Virus record (IMG/VR): IMGVR_UViG_3300025387_000013
Location: 46,520-110,519 of that record
Source of the DNA: a virus
Taxonomy: Duplodnaviria > Heunggongvirae > Uroviricota > Caudoviricetes
Reading direction: 5' to 3' (one strand)
DNA: 64,000 bases
Shown: one piece after another, positions 31,731 to 41,882 of the stretch
Layout: each line of letters opens with the position of its first letter
How positions within the stretch are numbered: position 1 is the first letter of the stretch
Program-made: the position numbers and the translations under genes
Notes under the pieces: model-generated
The model's input: only the letters and a program-made list of their open reading frames with translations
What the model was told of the DNA's origin: nothing
Databases searched by the model: none

Positions 31731-32261
31731 CTACTCTTTGAAAACAGTGAACATTTTTGTTGTAACTATTCTTCCAAAGTACACTTTTAGAATATTTACT
31801 CCCATGTCATCACACTCACTCTTTAGTTTATTCTTGATTTGTGTAAGTGTTTTTTTATCTTTTATGTCTTCCCAATTACAATCTGTAAGATGATCAGCTA
31901 TTATTCCTCTAGCTATATCATGTAGATTGTCTGATGCTTGATTTGTATCTATTAGATATTTCTTAAAATCTACAATATCAAATTTGATAATAGGTTCTAC
32001 AGATGCTTGTTTACCATCCAGAGTTGTAATATCTACAGCAGCTACATGAAATGTATCTACTGTTTTGATCACTGAATGTACCTCATCTATAAATGGCATT
32101 TTAAAATTAACACCTTCCTTAAGTTCACCTTGATAACTACCAAGTCTAAGAAGCACACCTCCCTCATAACATCTAAGTATGACTATAGGAGAGAGGTGAT
32201 CTACCCATTTTTCAATCACCCATTCAAGGGTGCTTATTATAATATTACTGTCAGGAAGCAT
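31731..32261 (-). CDS. SPFH/band-7 (stomatin/prohibitin-like) domain protein (176 aa)
   Basis: EGGVLLRLGSYQGELKEGVNFKMPFIDEVHSVIKTVDTFHVAAVDITTLDGKQASVEPIIKFDIVD follows the SPFH consensus (ergVv.rfGky...l.pGlhf.iPfid.v..vd.r......q.v.TkD...v.vda.v.y.v.d). No TM helix. Confidence 0.6.
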   Translation of the reverse strand: MLPDSNIIISTLEWVIEKWVDHLSPIVILRCYEGGVLLRLGSYQGELKEGVNFKMPFIDEVHSVIKTVDTFHVAAVDITTLDGKQASVEPIIKFDIVDFKKYLIDTNQASDNLHDIARGIIADHLTDCNWEDIKDKKTLTQIKNKLKSECDDMGVNILKVYFGRIVTTKMFTVFKE

Positions 32262-32263
32262 AA

Positions 32264-34849
32264 TTATTTAGATTTATTTCTACCTCTAGCATTAATCTTT
32301 GCTATCTCTATATCATCTTTATGATTCTTTCTTTCATTATCTAGTTTCTCTCTTTCCACTTTTATCTTCTCCATCGCTATATTACTCTTAGTTTGAATAT
32401 CCATAGTCTTGAGTCTATAATCATTGGCAGCTTTAGTTTGCTCATGCATCAGTCTACTATTCTCTAAAATATCTGGGATTGAATCTTGATTGACATCCAA
32501 AGGTACCTTTTCAATACTCTCAGCTTTGATGGTAGCAATTTGCTCTTTACTGATTCTATCCAATTGATTTTGGTAGTCATCATGAGCCATTTGCTCTTCA
32601 TGCTGTCTTTGAGCTTGTTGAATTTGAGCATCAGTGTTATATCTCTGTTGATCAATCTCTTGTTGTTTCTGTTGCATTTGTTGTTGCTGAATGGTATCTT
32701 GTTTATCTTTAAGATCTTTAAACACCTTCTTCATCTGACGTACAGAATTTGTAGAATACAATTCAATAATATCATATAAAGATCCACCACTCTGAATAAC
32801 AGTTTGAGACAGTTGTCTAATCTCATTAAACATTTTTTGATCTTCAGGTCTATTAGTTAAGAATACTTTTAAGTCTCTAAACTTAAGATCTGTACCATTC
32901 ACTGATATGAAAGCTGATTCACCAGAGTTAGTTACATAAGAAATAGTTGACTCAGGTTTCTTACTCTCTACATACATAGCAGCATCTATAATTGCTTGAT
33001 AGAGCTGACCTAATATATATTCGTGTGCAACAAATAAAGGTTCTGTCTGTGAATACGATTGACTGATAGCTGTATTTGTACCTGTAGCAGTTTCACTAGC
33101 TGATACTGAACCAAGTCTTTGTTTAGACATACCAACTAATTCCCAACACTCATTCTTAAGCTGTACAGCTAATTGATATCTAGATTGAATCTCTTGTGTA
33201 CGTGTAAGATCAATATCTCTAAATTGATTGAATGAACTAGGACTCTTTAAGTTCTCTGGAGAGTCATCAATAAACATCACTCCTCTATTACGTGCTTCCA
33301 TTTCCCATACATCAAGAGCATCTTGTGCATCTCCATCTTTAGGAATTGGTATGTGTCTAATAGATGTCAAATAAACTTTACCCACTTCTTTCTCAAGAAG
33401 TTTATAAAGCTGATTCATACATACATTATATAACACTTGGAAAGGCTTCATAAGATCTACTAAGCTCTTAGCTTCTGTATTCTTCACCTCATGAATCACT
33501 CCTATAATAGGACAATAGTCTAATAATTTATACGGTTTGATGTTATAGATGTCTGGTCCAATTTTAACTCCTTGATACCATTGATTAATCCATCCCCATT
33601 CTAAAGATTGCTCTGTAGGAATAGTTTTGGATTTATAACTTTCATCTACTAATAGAGATTGCTCATTACCCATTTCATCTAAATAGATAAGTTTTCCTAT
33701 CTTCTTTTTAGAAATCCAATAGGCTCTTACAACAACATATTTATATCCAAAGGAACTAACGTTAGAAGTTAGTCCTAAGAAATCTCTAAGTCCATCGTTG
33801 TTCTCTTTCATTTCAGATTCAATGATCATTCTTGTTTGTAGAACAAGAGGATCATATGTATCATATGTAACAGAGTCTATACCTGGAGTGGCATTAGGAT
33901 TACCAAGATTAGATTCACGTACATTAATCAATCCATAATCTTGAAGAGAGCTACGTAAGTGATCTATTTCATCTTTAGTTATATCAGGAAATGTTTCAAT
34001 AATCTCAGATAGTTCCATCACTTGTACTATACCAGCAGCATAAGCTCCTTGTGCACGACCTGTAGGATCTGAAATATATTTTCTATCTGGGGTTGTTAAG
34101 AACCAAACGTTCTTAGGATTGGCCACCTCAATATTAAATCCAAGTTTTGAATTATCTTCATATATATGAAAGAACTCTCTAGAAGAAATTAACAAATCAC
34201 GAAAAGCATCTTCTGACTTTTCTTTCATTACAAACTCGGCTTTCTGAGATGTAAGAATATGATTGGCCCATTTCTCAGCAACTGATGTATAAGAATCAAT
34301 TTGATCTTTTACACTCTCAAGAGTTTGTTGTTGAACCTGTGGATCGTTCTCATCTAACTCTTGTCCTTTTAATAAGGCTTCTATTTGCATTTTCTTCTTT
34401 GCTTCAGAGATCACATACTCTTGTAAGATTTGTGTCTTGAATTCAAGTTCTTCAGCCTGACTATCATCATCAAAAGCTTTCACTCTAAATGAATCTGGTC
34501 TTTTAGATATCTCACCAACTAGTTCATTTAAAGGAGTGGTGACAATAGAATACATTTTTACGTAAGCTGGTAATTGAAGATCTGCTGTAAGTACATCTGT
34601 AAAACTTCTTACCTGAGGTTCTTGATAGAAATCTTCCATTCTAAGGATACCTTTAACAAGATCATAGTTCTTAACAAATGTATCTCTATTCTTTACATAT
34701 TCAGCATAAGCTCTATTTGCAAAATAGTCCATTGTATTCTTCACCCAACTTTCATCTTGTTTTTCCTTATCAGTTTTAAACTGATCAGGGAATATATTTA
34801 AGTAGGCATACCTAATCGTTGCGTCTTTTGTATATCTTATAATTGCCAT
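32264..34849 (-). CDS. Putative portal protein (861 aa)
   Basis: Large ORF directly downstream of the terminase large subunit, its start overlapping that stop. C-terminal charged, Q-rich coiled-coil tail. Confidence 0.6.
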   Translation of the reverse strand: MAIIRYTKDATIRYAYLNIFPDQFKTDKEKQDESWVKNTMDYFANRAYAEYVKNRDTFVKNYDLVKGILRMEDFYQEPQVRSFTDVLTADLQLPAYVKMYSIVTTPLNELVGEISKRPDSFRVKAFDDDSQAEELEFKTQILQEYVISEAKKKMQIEALLKGQELDENDPQVQQQTLESVKDQIDSYTSVAEKWANHILTSQKAEFVMKEKSEDAFRDLLISSREFFHIYEDNSKLGFNIEVANPKNVWFLTTPDRKYISDPTGRAQGAYAAGIVQVMELSEIIETFPDITKDEIDHLRSSLQDYGLINVRESNLGNPNATPGIDSVTYDTYDPLVLQTRMIIESEMKENNDGLRDFLGLTSNVSSFGYKYVVVRAYWISKKKIGKLIYLDEMGNEQSLLVDESYKSKTIPTEQSLEWGWINQWYQGVKIGPDIYNIKPYKLLDYCPIIGVIHEVKNTEAKSLVDLMKPFQVLYNVCMNQLYKLLEKEVGKVYLTSIRHIPIPKDGDAQDALDVWEMEARNRGVMFIDDSPENLKSPSSFNQFRDIDLTRTQEIQSRYQLAVQLKNECWELVGMSKQRLGSVSASETATGTNTAISQSYSQTEPLFVAHEYILGQLYQAIIDAAMYVESKKPESTISYVTNSGESAFISVNGTDLKFRDLKVFLTNRPEDQKMFNEIRQLSQTVIQSGGSLYDIIELYSTNSVRQMKKVFKDLKDKQDTIQQQQMQQKQQEIDQQRYNTDAQIQQAQRQHEEQMAHDDYQNQLDRISKEQIATIKAESIEKVPLDVNQDSIPDILENSRLMHEQTKAANDYRLKTMDIQTKSNIAMEKIKVEREKLDNERKNHKDDIEIAKINARGRNKSK

Positions 34850-36876
34850 TATGTAAACAATTTATTTTTGTATTTTCTAGTTTTAAACATTCCTCTTGAT
34901 TCTGTAAATAACATATTAGCAGGTTTCTTATTAAACATAGCTAACACTCTTTGATCAGAAGATCCTCCTATCTTTCCCATAATTGGGTCCATCTTAAGTG
35001 CTTGAGCAATAGCTAGTTCTGCAGCAATGATTCGGTCAAAGTTACCCTGATCATTATATTGTATAATTTCTTCTAATAATACAGGATCAAATATCTTACT
35101 AACACCATGCACTTCTCTTATCACTTCTCCTTCATCATTTTTTTCTCTATGTAAAACACTCTCTAGGTATTTCTTCAAACAGGTATGTAAGAATTCTATT
35201 ATCTTATCACTAGAACGATGTATACCAAAGTCTCTTTTTACAGTGGTGTTTGGTACAATCTCCTTAAGCCAATCTGGTTGTTTCTCTAAATAATGAGCAT
35301 CTCCTTTAGCTTTCATATATTCTATAAAAGATATATCATCATTCTCACAGAGAGTTCTAGCATTGTAATATTTAATTAATAACCTAGCTTGTTCTTCCCA
35401 TGTATCTTTCTTATCTGGTCTAGCTACGTAAGACGCTACAAACATATCTTGGTATTTCTCACCTGATATTTCATGCATTCTCTTATATATGTATACAGCT
35501 CCTAAAGAACTTGAATAAGCTGATTTACCTTGTCTATAAGGATCGACTCCTGCTGTATATAATCCATAAGGAGGATTTTCTACAGGAAATTCATATATAA
35601 TAACTGGAGCATCTTTGAGATCACTATTCTTTAAGGGGAAGTTTGTTATGGGAGTTTTATCTGTAAACTCATGTTTGATTCCTGTATCATCTGTATATAA
35701 CACTACAGGAACTCCTGTTTTTTCTTGTTGTAAAAGTCTGAACTTTTGTCTCTTGGCTCCTTCAATATCAAATATATTTGTATCCTCATTTAAGAATATA
35801 TCATCTACATTCTGAGGATAGTACATCTTCTCTTTTAAATAAGCAATTCTGTCTCCAGCTTTTTTAAGTCTATCTAGATTTGCATTGGTTATCTCATCAG
35901 CTTTTTCTTGATTAGACACCAACATTCCAACAGAATGTAGCCCATTATCTTTGGGAAGTTCCAAATAAGCACCCAAAGAACTTTCTTCTTTAGCTTCCAT
36001 TCTGTATTTATGCCCAATGAAAAGCCCATGTATTCTGTTATCTTCTTTATTGTTGTATGTAAGGAAATTAAAATTATCTACATCAAACATCAGGGATTTT
36101 GCATCCATGAATTTCTTCATATCACCCCCAGTACCTGTAAGAATTGGACTACATCCCCAACCATAGGGTGTTGTGAAACCAGGTATAGCCGCTTGCAAAC
36201 CTCTGAGGAAGTTCCCCTTACCAATCTCGTCAATGATAAGTTTTCTAGGTTTGGTACCTGCAATTGCTTCTTCATTGTTACCTTCATCTAAGTTACGTAT
36301 TAATATAGAGGAGAATGGAATACGTTCTCCTGATTTAGTTTTAATTCCTAATGTCACTTGATTCTTCCAATTGTCTTCAATCCTCTGCCATCTCCAATAT
36401 TCAGGAATAAAATTTAATCCTTTATCAATCTTATCTGTAATTAATTTTATATCTGGAGCATTCAGGCCAGCAATAATATTCTGACTATTCTCATCAAATG
36501 TAGCTCCCCAGGCAATATAACTTGCCTCAATAACTGATTTAGCAAAACGTCTAATTCCTAATATTACAAGTCCTCTTCTTTCTGTCTGAGCTCTATCTAT
36601 CTCATTTGTAACAATCCATTCATTATCTCTAAGAAAAGGATTGGCATACTTTTGAGAGATTCTACCCCTATCATCAATTACATCCACTTCTGTATGCCAT
36701 ATATTTAGGTGCCAATATAAAAAGGGGTTAATATAAACCCCATCCATCATAGCACCATTTAGGCAAAGCTCTTTATGAAAATCAAAGAAAGGCTTATACT
36801 CAGAAGAATCTTTATCTGGAAGTCTTTTTTGATTTATGAACCAATCTTTATAATCTATATTTTGTAAATCATTCAT
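34849..36876 (-). CDS. terL: Terminase large subunit (675 aa)
   Basis: Walker A-like LVILGIRRFAKS and Walker B KLIIDEIG. C-terminal nuclease-domain acidic motifs (GVDPYRQG..). Its position heads the head-morphogenesis module. Confidence 0.8.
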   Translation of the reverse strand: MNDLQNIDYKDWFINQKRLPDKDSSEYKPFFDFHKELCLNGAMMDGVYINPFLYWHLNIWHTEVDVIDDRGRISQKYANPFLRDNEWIVTNEIDRAQTERRGLVILGIRRFAKSVIEASYIAWGATFDENSQNIIAGLNAPDIKLITDKIDKGLNFIPEYWRWQRIEDNWKNQVTLGIKTKSGERIPFSSILIRNLDEGNNEEAIAGTKPRKLIIDEIGKGNFLRGLQAAIPGFTTPYGWGCSPILTGTGGDMKKFMDAKSLMFDVDNFNFLTYNNKEDNRIHGLFIGHKYRMEAKEESSLGAYLELPKDNGLHSVGMLVSNQEKADEITNANLDRLKKAGDRIAYLKEKMYYPQNVDDIFLNEDTNIFDIEGAKRQKFRLLQQEKTGVPVVLYTDDTGIKHEFTDKTPITNFPLKNSDLKDAPVIIYEFPVENPPYGLYTAGVDPYRQGKSAYSSSLGAVYIYKRMHEISGEKYQDMFVASYVARPDKKDTWEEQARLLIKYYNARTLCENDDISFIEYMKAKGDAHYLEKQPDWLKEIVPNTTVKRDFGIHRSSDKIIEFLHTCLKKYLESVLHREKNDEGEVIREVHGVSKIFDPVLLEEIIQYNDQGNFDRIIAAELAIAQALKMDPIMGKIGGSSDQRVLAMFNKKPANMLFTESRGMFKTRKYKNKLFT

Positions 36877-37208
36877 TACTTTCTATTTGCCAAGAACTCA
36901 GCAGCAGCTCCAGATAGTTCACCCTTTCCTCTCACTTCCACCTTTGCTTCTTCCATACTTCTAAGCTTATCTACCACCTCAACAAGAGCTAAATAATTCT
37001 TCATAGTCTCTTGAACAAACTTACCCTGTGCTTCAATAGAAGCAATCACCATAGGTAACATACCTCCTTTAGATGTGGGTTTCCATTCAATTCTATCTTT
37101 CAATTCATGAAGGGGATTAGCATCTACATAAGCCTTCCAGCTTTTGAGTTGTGTTTCAGCCCATTCAAGTTCTGTATTAATATATGTAGTTTTTTTAATA
37201 GTCGCCAT
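36876..37208 (-). CDS. Hypothetical small protein, possible terminase small subunit (110 aa)
   Basis: Immediately upstream of the terminase large subunit, overlapping it by 1 nt. No motif. The assignment rests on position only. Confidence 0.3.
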   Translation of the reverse strand: MATIKKTTYINTELEWAETQLKSWKAYVDANPLHELKDRIEWKPTSKGGMLPMVIASIEAQGKFVQETMKNYLALVEVVDKLRSMEEAKVEVRGKGELSGAAAEFLANRK

Positions 37209-37482
37209 TATCTTCTTCCTCTTTTAATATATTATCAAGATCCATTCCTTCTTTTAATATCTTATCTATCTCAGAATCGTCTGGATGAGGAATATCTAGA
37301 TCTAGTTGACTTTTGTATTTAGTTAGGGCAAATGCTAGTTCTTTATCTGTCATTCCCCATACATCTCCATACTCATCAAGAACTGTAGAGATGTGTCTTC
37401 CCATGTTATAGGAAGGAAAGCTCTTGTGTAATTCCTGAAGAATTAAGAGTGACTCGTTATAATAATTCTTCTTATTAGTCAT
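37195..37482 (-). CDS. Hypothetical acidic protein (95 aa)
   Basis: ORF in the operon. Confidence 0.4.
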   Translation of the reverse strand: MTNKKNYYNESLLILQELHKSFPSYNMGRHISTVLDEYGDVWGMTDKELAFALTKYKSQLDLDIPHPDDSEIDKILKEGMDLDNILKEEEDNGDY

Positions 37483-37656
37483 GTTAGCCAGTTATAATAC
37501 CAGCTTCCGCAGCTGATAATTTTACTAAATAAGGAGTTATAATATCCTTTATAAGTTTACTAATATGGTCATTAGCAAGCTTTTTTACATCTTCTGAAAT
37601 TCCTGGTGTGGCACATAATGCTCCAAGTCTTTCAATAACAATCCACGCTTCTGGGT

Positions 37657-37929
37657 TCATAATAATTGGTTTAAATCTTCGTCAGTTAGTTTTGTTGATA
37701 TTTCTATTGGTTCTGTATTTTCTTTAAAATGTTCTACACCATCTTTAGTCATATAGTCTGAGTTAAAGGAAATGCTCATCTTATCTTGTCTATCCCCCTT
37801 CTCTCCTATAAGATCTATATAATCCACTCCCTTATTATAGAGGTCTATTAACACTTCTATTAATTGATCTAAAGGAATCTTTTTTATAATGGTGTTATTA
37901 TCCATTTTGCATAGCAGTTTTAAGTTCAT
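37657..37929 (-). CDS. Hypothetical protein (90 aa)
   Basis: ORF. Confidence 0.4.
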   Translation of the reverse strand: MNLKLLCKMDNNTIIKKIPLDQLIEVLIDLYNKGVDYIDLIGEKGDRQDKMSISFNSDYMTKDGVEHFKENTEPIEISTKLTDEDLNQLL

Positions 37930-38194
37930 CCTCTTTATCCTGTTCTATTAAAGCTAACCATTTACCTTTAGGACATTCGCAAGAGAGGCATTTTGTTTTA
38001 GCAGAAAGGGTGCATCCACAATCTGTACAATGATCATCTAGTCTAAATGTTTTATGATGTTTAGAATGAAATTCACATTCCTCACATATGCTTGTTCTTT
38101 CTTTACTAACAGAACTAATTAGAGGTCTTAGCTCTTTAGAAGGAAGAAGATTATTCTTCCAGCCTTCATATATCTGTGAAAAATCAATCTTCAT
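37898..38194 (-). CDS. Cys-rich zinc-ribbon protein (98 aa)
   Basis: CEECEF..H..C..CGC..C..CEC cysteine clusters. Confidence 0.45.
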   Translation of the reverse strand: MKIDFSQIYEGWKNNLLPSKELRPLISSVSKERTSICEECEFHSKHHKTFRLDDHCTDCGCTLSAKTKCLSCECPKGKWLALIEQDKEDELKTAMQNG

Positions 38195-38537
38195 ATTTAG
38201 TTCTAGCTTTAAGTTGGTTTATAGAAGCTATTGTTTTATCAAGGGTAATTTGTGCACTTTTCTTTCTTTGTTCTGTTGTCTCTGGATTGACAATGATTTT
38301 TTCCATAGCTCCTATTTTAGCATTTAAGGCAGCAATCTTTTTAATAGCCTTCTTATTATTAAAATAGAATTTACCAAATCCAGAAATCTCCACACTATCA
38401 TTAACATTCATTGCCTGATTAGCAGATGAGAACTGATGATCTATCACCTTCTCAATTGTCTTTTCTGACACCATCATCTTCACTGCCAAAGTTCTAATGA
38501 GAAAGTCTCTGACAGACATACTCATTGGTTTATCCAT
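38184..38537 (-). CDS. HU/IHF-like DNA-binding protein (117 aa)
   Basis: Hallmark HU-family arm motif VEISGFGKF(Y), preceded by helical N-terminal segments. Confidence 0.55.
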   Translation of the reverse strand: MDKPMSMSVRDFLIRTLAVKMMVSEKTIEKVIDHQFSSANQAMNVNDSVEISGFGKFYFNNKKAIKKIAALNAKIGAMEKIIVNPETTEQRKKSAQITLDKTIASINQLKARTKYED

Positions 38538-38886
38538 GTCCCATAGTTATTTGTAACACTACATCATTCTCAAAATTAAGAAGAATCATAGGGTTCACCT
38601 TTATCTTAGATCCATCTTTAATAAGAATCTTCATCTTCTTAAGCCTGGAAATAATGTTATTAATAGTTGGTGTAGAGCTATTATACTTTGTACAAAACTC
38701 TTCCCTTATATTAGCATAGGAAATGTTTCCTTTTATAGCAGCAAAAGCTATCAGCTGTATTTCTCTCTGCGTAAGCTTTAGATTATTAAAGGATGACAGA
38801 ATGGTGTAATACATCTCTGCAGAAGAGAATGGATCTTCCATGTTTCTCTTTAGCTTTTGAACTACTATTTTCTTATTGGTTTCCAT
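38530..38886 (-). CDS. Putative winged-helix DNA-binding regulator (118 aa)
   Basis: C-terminal TPTINNIISRLKKMKILIKDGSKIKVNP is wHTH-like. Adjacent to the HU-like gene. Confidence 0.4.
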   Translation of the reverse strand: METNKKIVVQKLKRNMEDPFSSAEMYYTILSSFNNLKLTQREIQLIAFAAIKGNISYANIREEFCTKYNSSTPTINNIISRLKKMKILIKDGSKIKVNPMILLNFENDVVLQITMGHG

Positions 38887-39271
38887 AATTAGTTAAAACA
38901 AAGATAGGGGTTATATATCAACTTACAAATAACTAATTTAAATGATTAGAAATTAAATGCTATATTATGCTTCATTTCTAATAAATGTAAAACAAACATT
39001 AATGATTAGAAGACCTATTTTAAACTCTCTTTCTGTAGAACTATCATCATTATTATATATCTTGTTAGAGATTCCTAGTTCAAATGATCCTTGCCAGAAG
39101 ATATTAAGTTCTATAGCAAATATTACATCATCAGATCTAAAATACTCTATCACCATAATCAGAAGAACAAACCCTATAATTGTATACATATACTTAGAAG
39201 TTTTAAACGTAGTTATGTCTAACCCACCCAACCACCCCAAAGGTAGAGGTAAAAATAATTACCAACCAAAT

Positions 39272-40234
39272 TTATTTATCTTCCTTACGAGATTTAAAAT
39301 ATTGAACAAGCTTTGGTTCTATAAGTCCTTTAGGATCAATCAGTTTTAACATACCCTGTGAATCCTTCTTCAAATGTTTAATTGGATCAAATTGTGTCTC
39401 TTCTAAAATTTTCCATCTAGTTTGATATCCCCTATCCTTCTTAGACCCATGATAATAATGATTAAGATGTGTCTTTAAATATCCAAATCTTTCACCAATA
39501 TGTTCCAAAGCAAGAGTTTGCCAATCATGAGCAGCTTTCTTATAATTAGGGTGAAACTCCAAAACTAATGAAAGATCTACTTGTCCCACTAAAGAAAGAG
39601 CCATGTAATTATCTGCAGAACCAAGAATACCTACATCAAGCAATCCTTTCAAATCATCAATTGTTTCTCTTCTATACGCCCAAGCATATCCAGGGTGCTG
39701 AAACCCAACCACTCCCTCATGAGCTTTTTGTAACTCATTATTAACTATTTTATTATTATAAGCATACACAAATCCTAAATGTTGCTTCATCACTTGATAA
39801 TCAGAATCAAGATCATTAGCATGTGTAAACATCTGTATCATCTTATAATACTGAAGCTCATGTATTGTAGCCTTCACCCAATCATGTCTTGTAAAAGAAA
39901 CATCAGCATCTATAGTAGCCATATACTCCCAATCATTAGGAAGTCTACCAATCCCTATATTAATCAAATTCTCCTTATACCAAAGAACATTCTTTGTCCT
40001 AATCTGTATATGATGGGGATTGTCAGCCTGTGTCACATGAAATGGCTTATTCCCAATAGCCAATTCCACTGTATAAAGAATAGCACCACTATCCTCTATA
40101 TACTTAGCAAAGGTGTTATACAGCTCATACCTATTCTTATAGCCTTCTGGATTGAAGACTGTTGTCACTACATAAAGATTGTTATTACGCATAAATTTAA
40201 ATTGGGGGATTTTAAAACAAAAATAACCATTCAT
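39272..40234 (-). CDS. Putative GT-A-like glycosyltransferase (DxD) or nucleotide-sugar transferase-like protein (320 aa)
   Basis: VVTTVFNPEGY Rossmann-like start. ATIDADVSF DxD-type acidic motif. First gene of the minus-strand operon, 25 bp downstream of the palindrome. Confidence 0.35.
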   Translation of the reverse strand: MNGYFCFKIPQFKFMRNNNLYVVTTVFNPEGYKNRYELYNTFAKYIEDSGAILYTVELAIGNKPFHVTQADNPHHIQIRTKNVLWYKENLINIGIGRLPNDWEYMATIDADVSFTRHDWVKATIHELQYYKMIQMFTHANDLDSDYQVMKQHLGFVYAYNNKIVNNELQKAHEGVVGFQHPGYAWAYRRETIDDLKGLLDVGILGSADNYMALSLVGQVDLSLVLEFHPNYKKAAHDWQTLALEHIGERFGYLKTHLNHYYHGSKKDRGYQTRWKILEETQFDPIKHLKKDSQGMLKLIDPKGLIEPKLVQYFKSRKEDK

Positions 40235-40258
40235 TTGAATATTCCAATATTATTTTAA

Positions 40259-40274
40259 TGTTCCACGTGGAACA
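40259..40274. promoter_or_regulatory. 16-bp perfect palindrome TGTTCCACGTGGAACA (operator-like site 1) between divergent operons
   Basis: Perfect dyad symmetry. Related copies at about 41055-41072, 41152-41167 (both GTTCCACGTGAAAC) and 54790-54805 (GTTCCACGTGGAAC). Confidence 0.55.
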
Positions 40275-40465
40275 ATATAAAAAATTTTTTCCAAAATTTT
40301 AGGACCTCCTTGTTTAAGGGAGAGGAGGCTACTCCATCTTGTAACCCCCATGGGAGTTGGTAGGGTTGGGGGTAGGGGGGGTGGTTGCTGATTGGGAATG
40401 ATAATTAATTCGAGCAAATTAAAAATAAAAGTGATTGCGACACTATAAAGACTGCAACATTACAA

Positions 40466-40930
40466 ATGGCTAACGCTATAGACACACAAGTTAAGAGTTT
40501 TGAAATTCTTACAGGCGAACAGGTTTTTGACGTTACTTTCATTGAGAATGGATTGCCTTACAATCCTGAAACTGAAAAGGGTAAGAAAAAGCTAACCTAT
40601 TCTCGTTACAGATTCAATGGTACAGTGTTTACTGTTGATGATGATCATGCTTTCATTACTGATTTCAAATCAGGTAACGTTAAGCGAATTAAGCTTGAGA
40701 ATGCTACTTACAAGAAGAAAATCACTGATGCTGACGGTAAAGAAATAACAGAAACTACATCATCATTGAGATTTGACACCTACCTTAATAAGGCACAATG
40801 GCGTGCTATTAAAGACGGTCAAATCGAAGATGCTGAAGATGATTACAAAATCAGCAAATTCAAAAAGCTTGCAGCAGCTCCATTGCAAATGTCTGACGAA
40901 TTGCATGCTGCCTTTGCTACACAAGGCTAA
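40466..40930 (+). CDS. Hypothetical early protein (154 aa)
   Basis: First plus-strand ORF after the divergent control region. Followed by a strong intrinsic terminator. Confidence 0.5.
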   Translation: MANAIDTQVKSFEILTGEQVFDVTFIENGLPYNPETEKGKKKLTYSRYRFNGTVFTVDDDHAFITDFKSGNVKRIKLENATYKKKITDADGKEITETTSSLRFDTYLNKAQWRAIKDGQIEDAEDDYKISKFKKLAAAPLQMSDELHAAFATQG

Positions 40931-40941
40931 TTGATTACTCA

Positions 40942-40976
40942 CATGCTCTCTCTTAATTGGGAGAGCATGTTTTACA
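40942..40976 (+). terminator. Intrinsic terminator (CATGCTCTC..GAGAGCATG + TTTT)
   Basis: 9-11 bp perfect stem followed by a U-run immediately after the stop at 40930. Confidence 0.7.
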
Positions 40977-41054
40977 CGCTTATATATAGCGTGTGGGTTT
41001 AGGGGTTAGGGGCTGTGGGACAATAACTTAACAAAATGTTCCACGTGAAACATT

Positions 41055-41072
41055 GTGTGAAATAAAAAGTTT
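41055..41072. promoter_or_regulatory. Palindrome variant ATGTTCCACGTGAAACAT (site 2)
   Basis: Half-sites ATGTTCCAC / GTGAAACAT. Confidence 0.5.
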
Positions 41073-41151
41073 TTACGGCTATCATATATACTTATTTTAT
41101 AATGCTTCTATTGATAATCAATGAGTTATGCAATAAAACTGTTATGAAATT

Positions 41152-41167
41152 TGTTCCACGTGAAACA
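41152..41167. promoter_or_regulatory. Palindrome variant TGTTCCACGTGAAACA (site 3)
   Basis: The same 14-bp core as site 2, about 100 bp downstream of it. Confidence 0.5.
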
Positions 41168-41882
41168 TATTTAGGGGAATGAATGAGAGGTTGTATGACC
41201 CCTCAAAGCCTAACGAGTTGAAAACCAATTTATTAAAAGGGCTATAACAAAGAAAATATATAGCATTAAATAACAATTATATGAGAACATATTGGATTAC
41301 AAACTATAGCTCTATAGGACTGACTATAGGTGTAGGTAGAGAACATGTTATAACTAGACATACATATATACATAGTAGAGTTATACACTTTACAATAGGG
41401 ATTCTATTCTGGACCTATGTTATTAATATAGATATATAATGCACCATTTCTATTTCCCAAGGATAGACAGATATAATAATAAGTAATTGGGTTATTATAT
41501 TTGAGTGCAGAGGGTTTTTTGGTTCATGCATATTTTTAATTTTTAAAAAGCTCTGGTGTTTCTACACTGGAGCTCTATAATGCATCATTCTACAGTGGAT
41601 ATGAAGACTTCTTATAATTGGTCAAGAGTAATAACCTTGGTTATAAGATGTGAAACCACCTGATTAATTAAAGAGCCTGATAACAATCATATTATGGGAT
41701 GGTATTATGTCTATTCGTATTGGAGGATAACATAATAAAGAGAAACAGGGAAATCAGCTCCCAAGGTGTAGCAGTTGTAATGGTAGGGAGATTATAAAAG
41801 TATCCTAATACCTGTTTGGAATATAATAGGACTATTACAACTGAATGCAGAGGGATTTGTGAAGAAAGACTAGAGGAAAAAT

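Noticed and set aside
38957-39349. Overlapping antisense ORFs 38957..39349 (+) and 38965..39240 (-) in the 38887-39271 gap
   Set aside because: The region is very AT-rich with homopolymer runs. Neither ORF has a convincing start context and they are mutually exclusive. It is more likely a non-coding or promoter region for the late operon. No feature called.
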